Below, piece after piece: positions 42,692-52,546 of a DNA stretch of 64,000 nucleotides. Positions within the stretch are counted from its first letter, which is position 1; every line of letters starts with the position of its first letter. The notes under the pieces were generated by a model that worked only from the letters and a program-made list of their open reading frames with translations, was not told the DNA's origin and searched no databases. Origin of the DNA: Gemmatimonadota bacterium (GTDB lineage Bacteria; Gemmatimonadota; Gemmatimonadetes; Gemmatimonadales; Gemmatimonadaceae); contig NSHR01000009.1 in NCBI GenBank assembly GCA_002737115.1, positions 730-64,729 on the forward strand. The letters run 5' to 3'. The position numbers were made by a program, and so were the translations under genes.

Positions 42692-43248
42692 CCACGCGCT
42701 GTCCCCTGCAGCGGTGTCTCCGGCCTGCGCTCATCGTGCTGCTTGGTGTCGGACAACTCGCCGGCTGTCGTGGGCACACCGCCTCCTCGTCGTCACACGC
42801 GACCACGCTGGGTCACGCGATCGCCGCCGACACGGTGCGAGGCATCATGGCGATCACCGGCAGTGAACCACTGACCACCATGCAACTCACGACCACCACC
42901 GGGAGCCGGTGGCAGCTCGTGGGGGATTCACTCCAGACGCTCCGCGCCGCGGTGGGACTCGAGATCATGGTGCGCGGTGTCGCGCTCGCGACCGACCCCA
43001 CGGCGCGCCCCGACGCGCAATTCGCGGTGGTGCGATTCGTCGTGCGCCGTGCCGATGGCGTTGCGGCGCAGGATGGTGTGATCGAACCCGACGGCACGGG
43101 CTTCGCGCTTCGTATGGCCGACGATCGCCGCGCGTCGCTCATCGACGCGCCGCTCGCGCTGCGCGAACGGATCGGCGCACGCATCTGGTGGGCGGGGCCG
43201 TTGGATCGGGCACCCATCGCCTATGGGATTCTGACGACAGCACGCTGA
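42688..43248 (+). CDS. Hypothetical lipoprotein
   Basis: ATGA overlap with the peptidase stop; lipobox LAGC. Confidence 0.7.
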   Translation: MTTRCPLQRCLRPALIVLLGVGQLAGCRGHTASSSSHATTLGHAIAADTVRGIMAITGSEPLTTMQLTTTTGSRWQLVGDSLQTLRAAVGLEIMVRGVALATDPTARPDAQFAVVRFVVRRADGVAAQDGVIEPDGTGFALRMADDRRASLIDAPLALRERIGARIWWAGPLDRAPIAYGILTTAR

Positions 43249-43317
43249 CGAAGCGCGCAATCTCGACGATAAGCCTCAGCCGTAGTAGATACGATGCGCA
43301 GGTTAGGGACGAAGGAT

Positions 43318-43346
43318 TTGACAGTCGGGTGTTATAGCGCTAAATC
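43318..43346 (+). promoter_or_regulatory. Putative promoter of the second SusCD pair
   Basis: TTGACA-17 nt-TAAATC; TAGCGCTA palindrome overlaps the -10. Confidence 0.45.
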
Positions 43347-43428
43347 GGCAGTGCTGGTTCGGCCTCGGCCGCACGCACTGTGCGTACGCGGATTGCATCA
43401 CGCCCGACTCATATCCAAAGGAGAGTCG

Positions 43429-46400
43429 ATGTCCCGAATGTTTCGCGCGACGCGATGCCTCGTTCCGCTTGCACTACTATGCCTTGCCGGCAGTGCGCGG
43501 GCGCAGAGCCCCATCACCATCAGTGGGCAGATCGCCGATTCCACCTCGAAGCGCCCGCTGGTCGGCGCCGAGATCACCGTGTTGCGCGATGCCGACGGCA
43601 CGCTCGCGGGAAGTGCCCGCGCCGGTGAAAGCGGGCGGTACACGCTGGTCACCAGCGCGACCGGCCTCGTGACCGTGCGGGTGCGACTCGTGGGCTACAC
43701 GCAACAGCAGCGACGTCTCACACTCGCCGCCGGCCAAACGTACACGGCCAACTTCAATCTCGTCGAGCGGCTTATGCAGCTCGATCAGGTGGTGGTGACG
43801 GGTACGGCCGGCGTGACGCAGCGTCGTGCCGTCGGCAACGTGGTCAGTACGATCGATGCCTCGAAGGTGCTCGAGATCGCACCGGCCCGCAGCGTGAACG
43901 AATTGATCGGCGCGCGTACCCCCGGCCTGATTGTACTGCCGTCGACCGGTCAGGTCGGCACCGGCGCGCAGCTGCGCGTGCGCGGCACCAGCAGTCTCTC
44001 GCTGAGTAACGAGCCGATCGTGTACATCGACGGCATCCGCATGGACGCCACGGCGTCGCGCGGTCCCGGTCAGCGCGGTGGTGCCGGCGCGAGCCGGTTG
44101 AACGACATCAATCCGCAGGACATCGAAAGCATCGAGGTGATCAAGGGCCCGGCGGCCTCGACGCTGTACGGCACCGAAGCCTCCAACGGCGTGATTCAGA
44201 TCATCACCAAGCGGGGCAAGTCGGGCAAGCCAAAGTTTGATTTCACGACGCGTCAGGGCACCAACTGGATGCAGAATCCGGAAGGGCGCTCCGGCCTCAG
44301 CTACTTTCGCAACCCGGCGACGAACGCCGTCGAGGGCGTCAACATCTATCGTCAGGAAGCGGAATTCGGCAACGGTCCGATCTTCACGAACGGACGCAAC
44401 GCCGGTTACAACGCCAGCCTGAGCGGCGGCACCGATGATGCCCGCTACTACATCGCGGGATCCTGGGATGACGACGTCGGCATCGTGCAGCACAACTGGG
44501 ACAAGAAGTTCAGCGCTCGCGCCAACCTCGACATGACGGCCGGCAAGACGTTGCGCCTGTCGGCGAGCCTCGGACACGTGCGTGATCGCGCCCGCCTCGC
44601 GCAAGGTGCCATCGACATCGACCCGTTCAGCCAGCTGGTGTGGAGCACGCCGCTCGCGCTCGGCACCGGCAAGCGCGGGTTCTACAACTCGCCACCAGAA
44701 AGCTGGGACGACGCCGTGAGCCTGGCGGATATTGATCGCACGACGCTCAGCTTCAAGGCGAACTACGCGCCGAAGCCGTGGTTTACGCACCGCTTGACGA
44801 CCGGCTTCGACGTCGGTTCGGAAAACGCGTCGTTCATGTATCCGCGCCAGCCGCTGGGCAATCTCGACTTCCTCGCTAGCAATGGCTTGGGCTCGAAGAA
44901 CGTCAACCGCAGCTCGCGCACGGTGTTCACGCTCGACTACGCGGGATCGCTCAAGTACAACGTCGGTCCGTTCGGTCTGACGAGTTCCATGGGCCTTCAG
45001 GCGTTCCGGAATGAACTGAGCTCGGTGGGCGCCTCGGCCCTCACCTTCCCCGCCGGTCCAATTACTACGATCTCCGGCGGCGCGACCCGCAGTGGCACCG
45101 AGGACTACCTCGCCAACGCCACGGTCGGCATGTTCGTGCAGCAGGAGCTGGCGTGGAACAACCGCGTCTTCCTCACGGCCGCCGTTCGCGGTGACGACAA
45201 CAGCACGTTCGGCGAAGACTTCTCGGCGATCTACTATCCGAAGCTGAGCGGCTCGTGGGTGATCAGCGAAGAGTCGTGGTTCAAGATGCCCTTCACGCAG
45301 TCGCTGCGGCTGCGCGGTGCGATCGGCGCCGCGGGCACGCAGCCGGGCACCTTTGATGCCTCGCGGTTGTACGACCCGAGCGTCGGCTACCAGAACGCAT
45401 CGGGCCTCGTACCTGCGTCGTTCGGTAATCCCTCGCTCAAGCCGGAACGCAGCACCGAGTCGGAAGCTGGCTTCGAAGCGACGATGCTCGATGGACGGGT
45501 GGAGCTCGAGTACACGTACTACCAGCGCAACGTGACCGACGCGATCGTCAACTCGCCGATTCCGCCCTCGGTCGGTTTCCCGGGCTCACAGGTCGTCAAC
45601 ATCGGCAAGGTGAAGGGTTGGGGCAATGAAGTCGGCCTGACCCTGAACGTGTTGCGCGGCGAGAAGCTGGCGTGGGAGGTCGGCACGCAGATCTCCAACA
45701 ACGGCAACGAAATCGTCAACATGGGTGGCACGCAGTTCCTCACCGTCGGCGGCGGCGGTCAGGCGCAGAACCGTGTGGGCTTCGGCATCGCCGACTTCTT
45801 CATGTACAAGGTGAAGTCCGCCACGATTGACGCCAACGGCACGGTACTTACGTCGATCTGCGACGGTGGCACCGGCAAGTCGGGGCTCGAGCAGGGTGGA
45901 GCCGACGTGGCCTGCTCGGCGGCACCGCGTGTGTACTGGGGGCACTCGCAGCCCACGTGGCAGTTCGGTGTGAATTCCACGGTCACGCTGTTCAAGAACC
46001 TGCGCCTGTACGCCCGCGTGGATGGGAACGGCGGTCACATCCAGTCGAACACCGAAATTCGCGCGCTGCACAATCAGGGGTCGACCGAAGCGGTCCTGCT
46101 TCGCAACGATCCCTTGCTTCAGGTCTACCGCGCCATCGAGGCCGACGTGCCGGGCACGTACAAGGCCGGATTCCTCCGCCTCCGTGAAGTGTCGGCGACG
46201 TACACGATCGCACCGAAATTCGTGCGGTTCATCGGCGCGCAGGGCGGTTCGGTCAGCGTGGCCGGTCGCAACCTGTCGATGCTCTGGACGGAGCAGCATG
46301 GATGGAACACGTCACGCGACGGTCGTATCGACGTCGATATCGCCGACCGCCATGCGTGGGATCCGGAGATTCGCGCCGTGGGACAGTTGTCCAACGGATT

Positions 46401-46458
46401 CCAGACGATCCTGCCACCGACGGCCAGTTTCGTGACCACCGTGCGACTCACCTTCTGA
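43429..46458 (+). CDS. SusC/RagA-family TonB-dependent transporter
   Basis: AAGGAG RBS before MSRMF; plug 'DINPQDIESIEVIKGPAASTLYGTEASNGVIQIITKRG'; GNPSLKPE; terminal Phe. Confidence 0.93.
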   Translation: MSRMFRATRCLVPLALLCLAGSARAQSPITISGQIADSTSKRPLVGAEITVLRDADGTLAGSARAGESGRYTLVTSATGLVTVRVRLVGYTQQQRRLTLAAGQTYTANFNLVERLMQLDQVVVTGTAGVTQRRAVGNVVSTIDASKVLEIAPARSVNELIGARTPGLIVLPSTGQVGTGAQLRVRGTSSLSLSNEPIVYIDGIRMDATASRGPGQRGGAGASRLNDINPQDIESIEVIKGPAASTLYGTEASNGVIQIITKRGKSGKPKFDFTTRQGTNWMQNPEGRSGLSYFRNPATNAVEGVNIYRQEAEFGNGPIFTNGRNAGYNASLSGGTDDARYYIAGSWDDDVGIVQHNWDKKFSARANLDMTAGKTLRLSASLGHVRDRARLAQGAIDIDPFSQLVWSTPLALGTGKRGFYNSPPESWDDAVSLADIDRTTLSFKANYAPKPWFTHRLTTGFDVGSENASFMYPRQPLGNLDFLASNGLGSKNVNRSSRTVFTLDYAGSLKYNVGPFGLTSSMGLQAFRNELSSVGASALTFPAGPITTISGGATRSGTEDYLANATVGMFVQQELAWNNRVFLTAAVRGDDNSTFGEDFSAIYYPKLSGSWVISEESWFKMPFTQSLRLRGAIGAAGTQPGTFDASRLYDPSVGYQNASGLVPASFGNPSLKPERSTESEAGFEATMLDGRVELEYTYYQRNVTDAIVNSPIPPSVGFPGSQVVNIGKVKGWGNEVGLTLNVLRGEKLAWEVGTQISNNGNEIVNMGGTQFLTVGGGGQAQNRVGFGIADFFMYKVKSATIDANGTVLTSICDGGTGKSGLEQGGADVACSAAPRVYWGHSQPTWQFGVNSTVTLFKNLRLYARVDGNGGHIQSNTEIRALHNQGSTEAVLLRNDPLLQVYRAIEADVPGTYKAGFLRLREVSATYTIAPKFVRFIGAQGGSVSVAGRNLSMLWTEQHGWNTSRDGRIDVDIADRHAWDPEIRAVGQLSNGFQTILPPTASFVTTVRLTF

Positions 46459-46473
46459 CCCACCGAGACGATC

Positions 46474-47727
46474 ATGATGAAGATCACGTTCCGGCGTGCG
46501 ACGCTGGTGCTTTCGCTCGCGGCCACCGCGTCGTGCAACAGCCTCCTCGCCGTCGATAACCCTGGACGCGTCACCGCCGACGCGCTCAGCGATCCCGCGC
46601 TCGCCCCGATTCTTGAAGCAGCGGCCCTTCAGTCGGCGCAGTGCGCCTTCATGCAGTTCGCTGCCACCACCGGCATGCTCTCCGGCGAGTACCTGTCGTC
46701 GAACGGCTTCGTCGACAATCACATTTGGGAGTGGCGCGGCATCGTGGAGATCAAGCAGGCGCCGGGCGGCTGTCCGGCGAGCCGCGCGTCCACCTCGATG
46801 GGTTTCTACACACCAGCACAGCAGGCGCGCTTTCAGCTGGAAGATCTGAACGCCCGCCTGAAGACGTTCACCGATGCGCAGGTGCCAAACCGCCAGCGCA
46901 TGCTGACCGCGACGAACGCGTATGCCGGCTACATGTACGTGCTGCTCGCTGAGGCGATGTGCGAGATGGCGATCGACGGTGGGCCGAGCCTCACGTCGGC
47001 CGCGGTGTTCGCGATCGCCGAGAGTCGCTTCTCCGACGCGATTGTCACGGCGACCGCGATCAATGACGCGAGTTTGCTGAACATGGCGCGCGTGGGGCGG
47101 GCGCGGACGCGTCTGAACCTTGGCAATCTGGCGGGGGCAGCGGCCGATGCGGCACTCGTACCGAGCGGCTACACGCGCATCGCCGAGTTCTCGGAGGTGG
47201 ACGTGAGACGTGAGAACCGTTTCTACAATCTCACGGTGCGGGCCAACTACCTCTCCGTCGGGCCGGACTACCGCGGCCTCACGGTGAACGGGGTGGCCGA
47301 TCCGCGCGTGCGCGTGACCAACCTGAACCGCGTCGGGCTCGACAACGTGACACCGATGTGGCAACAGCAGAAGTTCACCGGCAGCGGTGCGGCGCCGCTC
47401 ACGATTGCGTCGTACGCTGAGGCGCAGCTGATCCTCGCGGAAGCGTCCACGGTGCAGACGGCGATCGATGCCATCAACCGGGTGCGTGCCCTCTCCAGCA
47501 TCGCCCCGATGGCGCTGCCGGCGGCGGGAACCGACATCAACGCCCTGGTGATCGAAGAGCGTCGCCGGCAACTTTTCAGCGAAGGTCAGCGTTTCGGTGA
47601 CATGCTGCGCAAGAAGATCGCGTTCCCGTCGTCGGGCGTGAACCGGAAGGGACAGTCCTACAGCACCATGACCTGCATTCCGCTGCCTGACGTGGAGACG
47701 CGGAATAACGTGAACTTTAAGAGCTGA
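46474..47727 (+). CDS. RagB/SusD-like lipoprotein
   Basis: Lipobox TASC; 'EAQLILAEA...INRVR...EERRRQLFSEGQRFGDMLR'. Confidence 0.9.
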   Translation: MMKITFRRATLVLSLAATASCNSLLAVDNPGRVTADALSDPALAPILEAAALQSAQCAFMQFAATTGMLSGEYLSSNGFVDNHIWEWRGIVEIKQAPGGCPASRASTSMGFYTPAQQARFQLEDLNARLKTFTDAQVPNRQRMLTATNAYAGYMYVLLAEAMCEMAIDGGPSLTSAAVFAIAESRFSDAIVTATAINDASLLNMARVGRARTRLNLGNLAGAAADAALVPSGYTRIAEFSEVDVRRENRFYNLTVRANYLSVGPDYRGLTVNGVADPRVRVTNLNRVGLDNVTPMWQQQKFTGSGAAPLTIASYAEAQLILAEASTVQTAIDAINRVRALSSIAPMALPAAGTDINALVIEERRRQLFSEGQRFGDMLRKKIAFPSSGVNRKGQSYSTMTCIPLPDVETRNNVNFKS

Positions 47728-47760
47728 CGGCAAGAGCTGACGGCGGCCTCACCGGTTGGC

Positions 47761-47805
47761 CGAACCCCCCGCTGCGAGTGTGCTCGCAGCGGGGGGTTCG
47801 TGTTT
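47761..47805 (+). terminator. Intrinsic terminator
   Basis: Perfect 18-bp stem cgaaccccccgctgcgag/ctcgcagcggggggttcg plus TGTTT. Confidence 0.8.
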
Positions 47806-47952
47806 CTGTCATCGCGCTCTGGCGCCGCGCGGCCGGGAGGACACCGTCCACGCGCCGCGACGTATTGCAAATTGCCTCAATCGGATGAATGTTAACCCGC
47901 AGTTAGTCGTTCACCGGCGAAGTACCCCCCTATGCCTGGAGCTTACCTCTAT

Positions 47953-50697
47953 ATGCAAGTTTCACATTTCCTCGCGAGACCTGTCGTCATTGCGAGTATG
48001 CTGATGCTCGGCCTCACCTCGCCTCTTCAGGCACAGGCCACCGGCACCGTGGAGGGCAAAGTGACCCTGAGTGTATCCGGCGAGGCACTGCAGGGTGCCT
48101 CGATCGGCGTGGTGGGGACGCAGGTCGGCGCGATCACACGCGCCGACGGCAGCTATCGATTCACGATGCGCCCGGGCACGTACGAACTGCGTGTGCGCAT
48201 GCTGGGCTACGCGGGCAAGACCGCCAGCATCACGGTGGCCGCGGGCGGGCGCGTGACGCAGAACTTCGCGCTGGAGAAGTCCACCACGCAGCTCGAAGCG
48301 GTGGCCGTGACCGGTTCGCGTGGCGGCGAGCGTACGCTGGTGAAAAGCCCCGTGCCGGTGGACGTGATCAACACGGCGGCGCTCAGGTCGACGGGACGCG
48401 TCGAGACGGCGCAGATGCTGCAGGCGGCGGCGCCGTCGTTGAATTTCCCGCGCCCGGCCGTGGCCGACGGCACGGACCACGTGCGCCCGGCCACGCTGCG
48501 CGGTCTCGCGCCCGACCAGACGCTGGTGCTGGTGAACGGCAAGCGCCGGTACACGAGCGCGCTGATCAACAACAACGGCACGGTTGGCCGTGGCACGTCG
48601 GCGGTCGACCTCAATGCCATCCCGGCGTCGATGATCGACCGCATCGAAATCCTGCGTGACGGCGCCGCCGCCCAGTACGGCTCCGACGCCATCGCCGGTG
48701 TCATCAACATCATCCTGAAGGGCGCCGGCACGGGCGACGTGTCCAGCCAGACCGGCCAGTTCAACACGGATGTTCCAGGGCTCGGCAAGCGCAATGACGG
48801 CACCAACACGGTGGTCAGCGCCGACCAGGGGCTGTCGTGGGGCAACGGCGGCTACTTCCACGCCGGCGTGGAGTGGCGCAACCGCGCCATGACCAACCGC
48901 ACCTTCGCCGATCCGCGCCAGCAGTATCCCACCGGCGACGCCCGTGAGGCGACCGCGCAGCGGTACACGCACTGGTCGGGTGACGCCGCCACGGCCGATC
49001 TGGTGGGCATGTTCAATGCCGCCCAGAACCTGAACGACAACGTACAGCTCTACGCGTTCGGCTCCTTCGGCAAGCGTGACGGCCGATCCACCGGCTTCTT
49101 CCGCCGTCCGATTCAGACCACACAGGTGATCTCCAAGCTGTACCCGAACGGCTTCCTGCCGAACATCGAATCGAACATCGATGACATGTCGATCGGTGGC
49201 GGCGCGAAGGGCACGGCGAAGGGATGGGACTGGGATCTGAGCCAGGTGTACGGCGGGAATTCCTTCCAGTTCATCATCTCGAACTCGAACAACGCCTCAA
49301 TGGGGCTCGCCAGCCCGACCACCTTCGACGCCGGCACCCTCGGCTTCGGTCAGGCGCTCACCAACCTCGACCTCACCCGCAAGTTCGACGTGAATGGGCG
49401 CCCGCTGCGCGTCTCGAGCGGTGCCGAGTTCCGCTGGGAGAACTACTCCATCGAGGCGGGTGAACTGGCCTCGTACGTGAACGGCGGCGTGCCGGTGCTC
49501 GATGCGGTCGGCAACCCGGTGCGCAACAGTGCCGGTAACACCTCGATCGCGTTGGTTGGGGCCCAGGTGTTTCCCGGCTTCTCGCCCAAGGATGCACTGG
49601 ACCGCTCGCGGACAGCCGGCGCGGCCTACCTCGACGTCGAAAGCGATCTGACCGCCAAGTGGCTGGTCGGTGCTGCGGCGCGCTTCGAAAACTTCAGTGA
49701 CTTCGGTTCGAAAGCGACGGGCAAGCTCACCTCCCGCTTCGCCGCCACCGACAAGTTCGCCATCCGCGGCGCCGCGTCGACCGGTTTCCGCGCACCGTCA
49801 CTGCAGCAGCGCTACTTCACCTCCACGGCCACGACCTTCGTGAACGGTCTCCCGGTGGACATCAAGACGCTTCCGGTGGACAGCAGGGAAGCGCGTCTGC
49901 TTGGCGCCCGTGATCTCAAGCCGGAAAGCTCGGTCAACCTGAGCGGCGGTATCACGATGCAGCCCACGAAGAGCCTCACCGTCACGGCGGACTACTACGA
50001 CATCGCGATCAGCGATCGCGTCGTGCTCTCCGAGAATTTCATTGGGACCGGCGTCGTCAGCTTCTTCGCCCAAAACGGCCTCACCGGCGTGGGCGGCGGA
50101 CGTTACTTCACCAACGCCATCAACACCAAGACCAAGGGTCTCGATGTGGTCGTGAACTACGGCCTCGACCTCAAGGCCAATGGCATCGTGCGGCTCACGG
50201 CCGGCTACAACCAGAACAGGACCAAGGTGACGAAGGTCGTGGTGAACACGCCGGCGCAGCTGGGTAACCTGAACGAAACGTTGTTCGGGCGTGCCGAACG
50301 TGGCCGCATCGAGCTGGGCCAGCCGCGCAACAACCTCGTGCTGAATGGCACGTACGAGCGGGGTGATCTCTCCCTCTCGCTGCGAGGTCAGCGTTTCGGG
50401 CAGGTGACCGGCGTGCAGGCGCTTGCCAGTGGCACTGCGCGTCAGGTGCCGAATCTGGAGCTCAGCCCGAAGTTCATCACCGACATCAGCGCGTCGTACA
50501 AGGTGCTCAAGCGCGCCACGCTCACGCTGGGCTTGGACAACATGTTCGACGTGTACCCGGATGCCATCAAGGATCTCGGTGATGTCGCGGCCGGCTACAG
50601 TGGCCAAGGCACCTTCGGCGTGTACCGCTATTCGGGCCTCTCGCCGTTCGGTTTCAACGGACGGTACATGTATGCCCGCGTGAGCTTCGGCCTCTGA
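47953..50697 (+). CDS. TonB-dependent receptor (stand-alone)
   Basis: 'PATLRGLAPDQTLVLVNGKRR...IDRIEILRDGAAAQYGSDAIAGVINIILK'; 'GFRAPSL', 'LKPE', 'PFGFNGR'. Start at 47953 or 47932. Confidence 0.93.
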   Translation: MQVSHFLARPVVIASMLMLGLTSPLQAQATGTVEGKVTLSVSGEALQGASIGVVGTQVGAITRADGSYRFTMRPGTYELRVRMLGYAGKTASITVAAGGRVTQNFALEKSTTQLEAVAVTGSRGGERTLVKSPVPVDVINTAALRSTGRVETAQMLQAAAPSLNFPRPAVADGTDHVRPATLRGLAPDQTLVLVNGKRRYTSALINNNGTVGRGTSAVDLNAIPASMIDRIEILRDGAAAQYGSDAIAGVINIILKGAGTGDVSSQTGQFNTDVPGLGKRNDGTNTVVSADQGLSWGNGGYFHAGVEWRNRAMTNRTFADPRQQYPTGDAREATAQRYTHWSGDAATADLVGMFNAAQNLNDNVQLYAFGSFGKRDGRSTGFFRRPIQTTQVISKLYPNGFLPNIESNIDDMSIGGGAKGTAKGWDWDLSQVYGGNSFQFIISNSNNASMGLASPTTFDAGTLGFGQALTNLDLTRKFDVNGRPLRVSSGAEFRWENYSIEAGELASYVNGGVPVLDAVGNPVRNSAGNTSIALVGAQVFPGFSPKDALDRSRTAGAAYLDVESDLTAKWLVGAAARFENFSDFGSKATGKLTSRFAATDKFAIRGAASTGFRAPSLQQRYFTSTATTFVNGLPVDIKTLPVDSREARLLGARDLKPESSVNLSGGITMQPTKSLTVTADYYDIAISDRVVLSENFIGTGVVSFFAQNGLTGVGGGRYFTNAINTKTKGLDVVVNYGLDLKANGIVRLTAGYNQNRTKVTKVVVNTPAQLGNLNETLFGRAERGRIELGQPRNNLVLNGTYERGDLSLSLRGQRFGQVTGVQALASGTARQVPNLELSPKFITDISASYKVLKRATLTLGLDNMFDVYPDAIKDLGDVAAGYSGQGTFGVYRYSGLSPFGFNGRYMYARVSFGL

Positions 50698-50702
50698 TAA
50701 AA

Positions 50703-50775
50703 TGCCGGGTTCTCTGGAACCCGGCACGCATGACAAACGCCCCGCCGCATCCATGGATGCGGCGGGGCGTTTTTT
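50703..50775. terminator. Double hairpin / bidirectional terminator between convergent genes
   Basis: tgccgggttc/gaacccggca, then a perfect 38-bp palindrome (50735-50772) with a T tail. Confidence 0.8.
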
Positions 50776-50799
50776 CTCCGTGAGACCGTCGCGACCGCG

Positions 50800-51612
50800 C
50801 TACGGTGTGCCGCCCTTCAAGGCGCGATACTGTGTGAGCGCCGCATTCACCTTCTGATCGATGGCGATCTTCCCGATGGCGGCGGAGGCCTTGGTCGGAT
50901 CACCAGTCACGCCAGCGTCCGGGCTGCCACCATTTGGCATGCGCTTGTCGAGCCGGATGCCATCGGCGAACACGTACAGCAGCTGCGACGTATCGCTGGT
51001 GCCGGCGTGCGATCCCACCATCTGCTCATCCCATCCGTACGTGGCCTTCAGGTAGTCGCGAATCTGAATGCGCCCCTTCTGGTAGTAGTCAACCAGCGCG
51101 TACACCCGCACACCGGTACCCGCCCACTCGGCGTTGAGCGCATTCGCCACGGCCGTAAGGCCAGCCTGATTGCCACCGCTATCGCCAATGAGCAAAATGT
51201 CGGTGAATCCCGACACGCGCAGCGATCGCACGGCCGCGTCGAGCAACCGGTCGTAGCTGGGCGACGGATGCGAAATCACTCCGGGCTTGTCGCCGAAGTT
51301 TGGGCGGGTGTAGTCGCCCTCGGGTACGTACTGCACCGTGGGCGCCACCAGCGCATTGCCGAGTTGCTGCGCGATCTGCCCGGCGGCGAAGGTGACGATG
51401 TAATTGTGTTTGCCCATCACCATGTGGGGACCGTTCTGCTCGGTGCCGCCGGTGGGGATGATCGCCACCCGCTTGCCACCCTGAATGGCATCACGAATCT
51501 CGGTCCAGGTCATGGCCTCGAGATACGGCGCGGCGAGCAAGTTCGGACGGTCCTGCGCCTGAAGCGCGGTGGTCGCCAGTGAGACGAGTGCGGCCGTTAG
51601 CAGTTTGTGCAT
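50800..51612 (-). CDS. Secreted creatininase-family protein (divergent active site)
   Basis: Signal peptide LQA-Q; 'MTWTEI', 'PTGGTEQNGPH', 'GDSGGN', 'HAGTSDTS', 'GVTGDP'. Confidence 0.88.
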   Translation of the reverse strand: MHKLLTAALVSLATTALQAQDRPNLLAAPYLEAMTWTEIRDAIQGGKRVAIIPTGGTEQNGPHMVMGKHNYIVTFAAGQIAQQLGNALVAPTVQYVPEGDYTRPNFGDKPGVISHPSPSYDRLLDAAVRSLRVSGFTDILLIGDSGGNQAGLTAVANALNAEWAGTGVRVYALVDYYQKGRIQIRDYLKATYGWDEQMVGSHAGTSDTSQLLYVFADGIRLDKRMPNGGSPDAGVTGDPTKASAAIGKIAIDQKVNAALTQYRALKGGTP

Positions 51613-52436
51613 CAGTATCCTCCGGTCGTGGCGCGGGAAGCACGAATCTGCGCCAACGCATTATCGATCTTGATCTGCACCAGCGATTTTCCGAGAGCGG
51701 CAGTGGCTTTCGTGGGATCGCCGTTCACACCGCTGTCGGGAGCACCACCGCTCGGAGCCAGCCGGTCGCGACGCACGAGGGCCGGGTTGACGAAGAGCAG
51801 TTCCGACGTGTCGACCATTCCGGCATGGCTGCCGATGGCGTCCAGCGAAAAACCAAGGCCGCCGAGATGGGTGCGAATGTCCGCCGCGGATTTCGTGTAG
51901 TAGTCGCCGATGAACAGGGCGCGAGCACCCGTGCCCTTCCACGCGGCGTTGAGCTGGTCGGCGGCCGCCTTCATGCCGTTCTGATTACCGCCGGAATCGC
52001 CGATTAGAATGACCGTCGTGAAGCCACCGGCGCGCAAACTCTTGGCCGCGTGCAGCAGCAGTTCGATGAACCGATCTTCGGGGAGCGTAATCGAGCCCGC
52101 CTTTGCCATGTGGCCGCGAAGCGGCAACTCCCAGCTTCCCTCGGGGACGTAGGTGATGATGGGCGCGATCAGCGCGTCGCCGAGGGTGCGGGCGATGCGC
52201 TCGGTGGTGTGCTGCAGCACGTACTTGTGCTCACCGGTCACCATGTGCGGGCCTTTCTGCTCCTGGCCGGCGGTGCCGATAATGACCGTCTTGGTTCCGG
52301 CGAGCATGCGATCACGGATTTCCGTCCATGTGAGCTCGTCGATGAATACGGGTGGTGCGGCCTTGGCCGCGTTGGGCTGCGCGCCGACGCGGGTTCCCGC
52401 GAGCAGCAGCGCCATCATGAGAACGGGCAATCGCAT
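51612..52436 (-). CDS. Secreted creatininase-family protein (divergent active site)
   Basis: AGGAG RBS before MRLPVL; signal peptide VGA-Q; 'EQKGPH', 'GDSGGN', 'HAGMVDTS', 'GVNGDP'. Confidence 0.88.
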   Translation of the reverse strand: MRLPVLMMALLLAGTRVGAQPNAAKAAPPVFIDELTWTEIRDRMLAGTKTVIIGTAGQEQKGPHMVTGEHKYVLQHTTERIARTLGDALIAPIITYVPEGSWELPLRGHMAKAGSITLPEDRFIELLLHAAKSLRAGGFTTVILIGDSGGNQNGMKAAADQLNAAWKGTGARALFIGDYYTKSAADIRTHLGGLGFSLDAIGSHAGMVDTSELLFVNPALVRRDRLAPSGGAPDSGVNGDPTKATAALGKSLVQIKIDNALAQIRASRATTGGY

Positions 52437-52472
52437 CGATTGCATCTCCTGTGTTGGTCTGGGGGAAGCCAA

Positions 52473-52502
52473 ACGTGGCGCCCCGAGTTCGGGGCGCCAC
52501 GT
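52473..52502 (-). terminator. Intergenic hairpin (terminator or mRNA stabiliser) between SusD and the creatininase genes
   Basis: acgtggcgccccga/tcggggcgccacgt 14-bp stem; short T tract on the minus strand. Confidence 0.55.
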
Positions 52503-52546
52503 CAGCACTACACCACACGATGGTGCCGTGACGCGGCACCGTAAGT

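Noticed and set aside
47719-47744. 13-bp tandem duplication aagagctgacggc across the susD stop
   Set aside because: Short slippage-type duplication with no effect on the ORF and no enclosed element.
47806-47952. Possible cobalamin or TPP riboswitch before the stand-alone TBDT
   Set aside because: No B12-box or TPP consensus is recognisable; an Rfam scan would be needed to exclude it fully.
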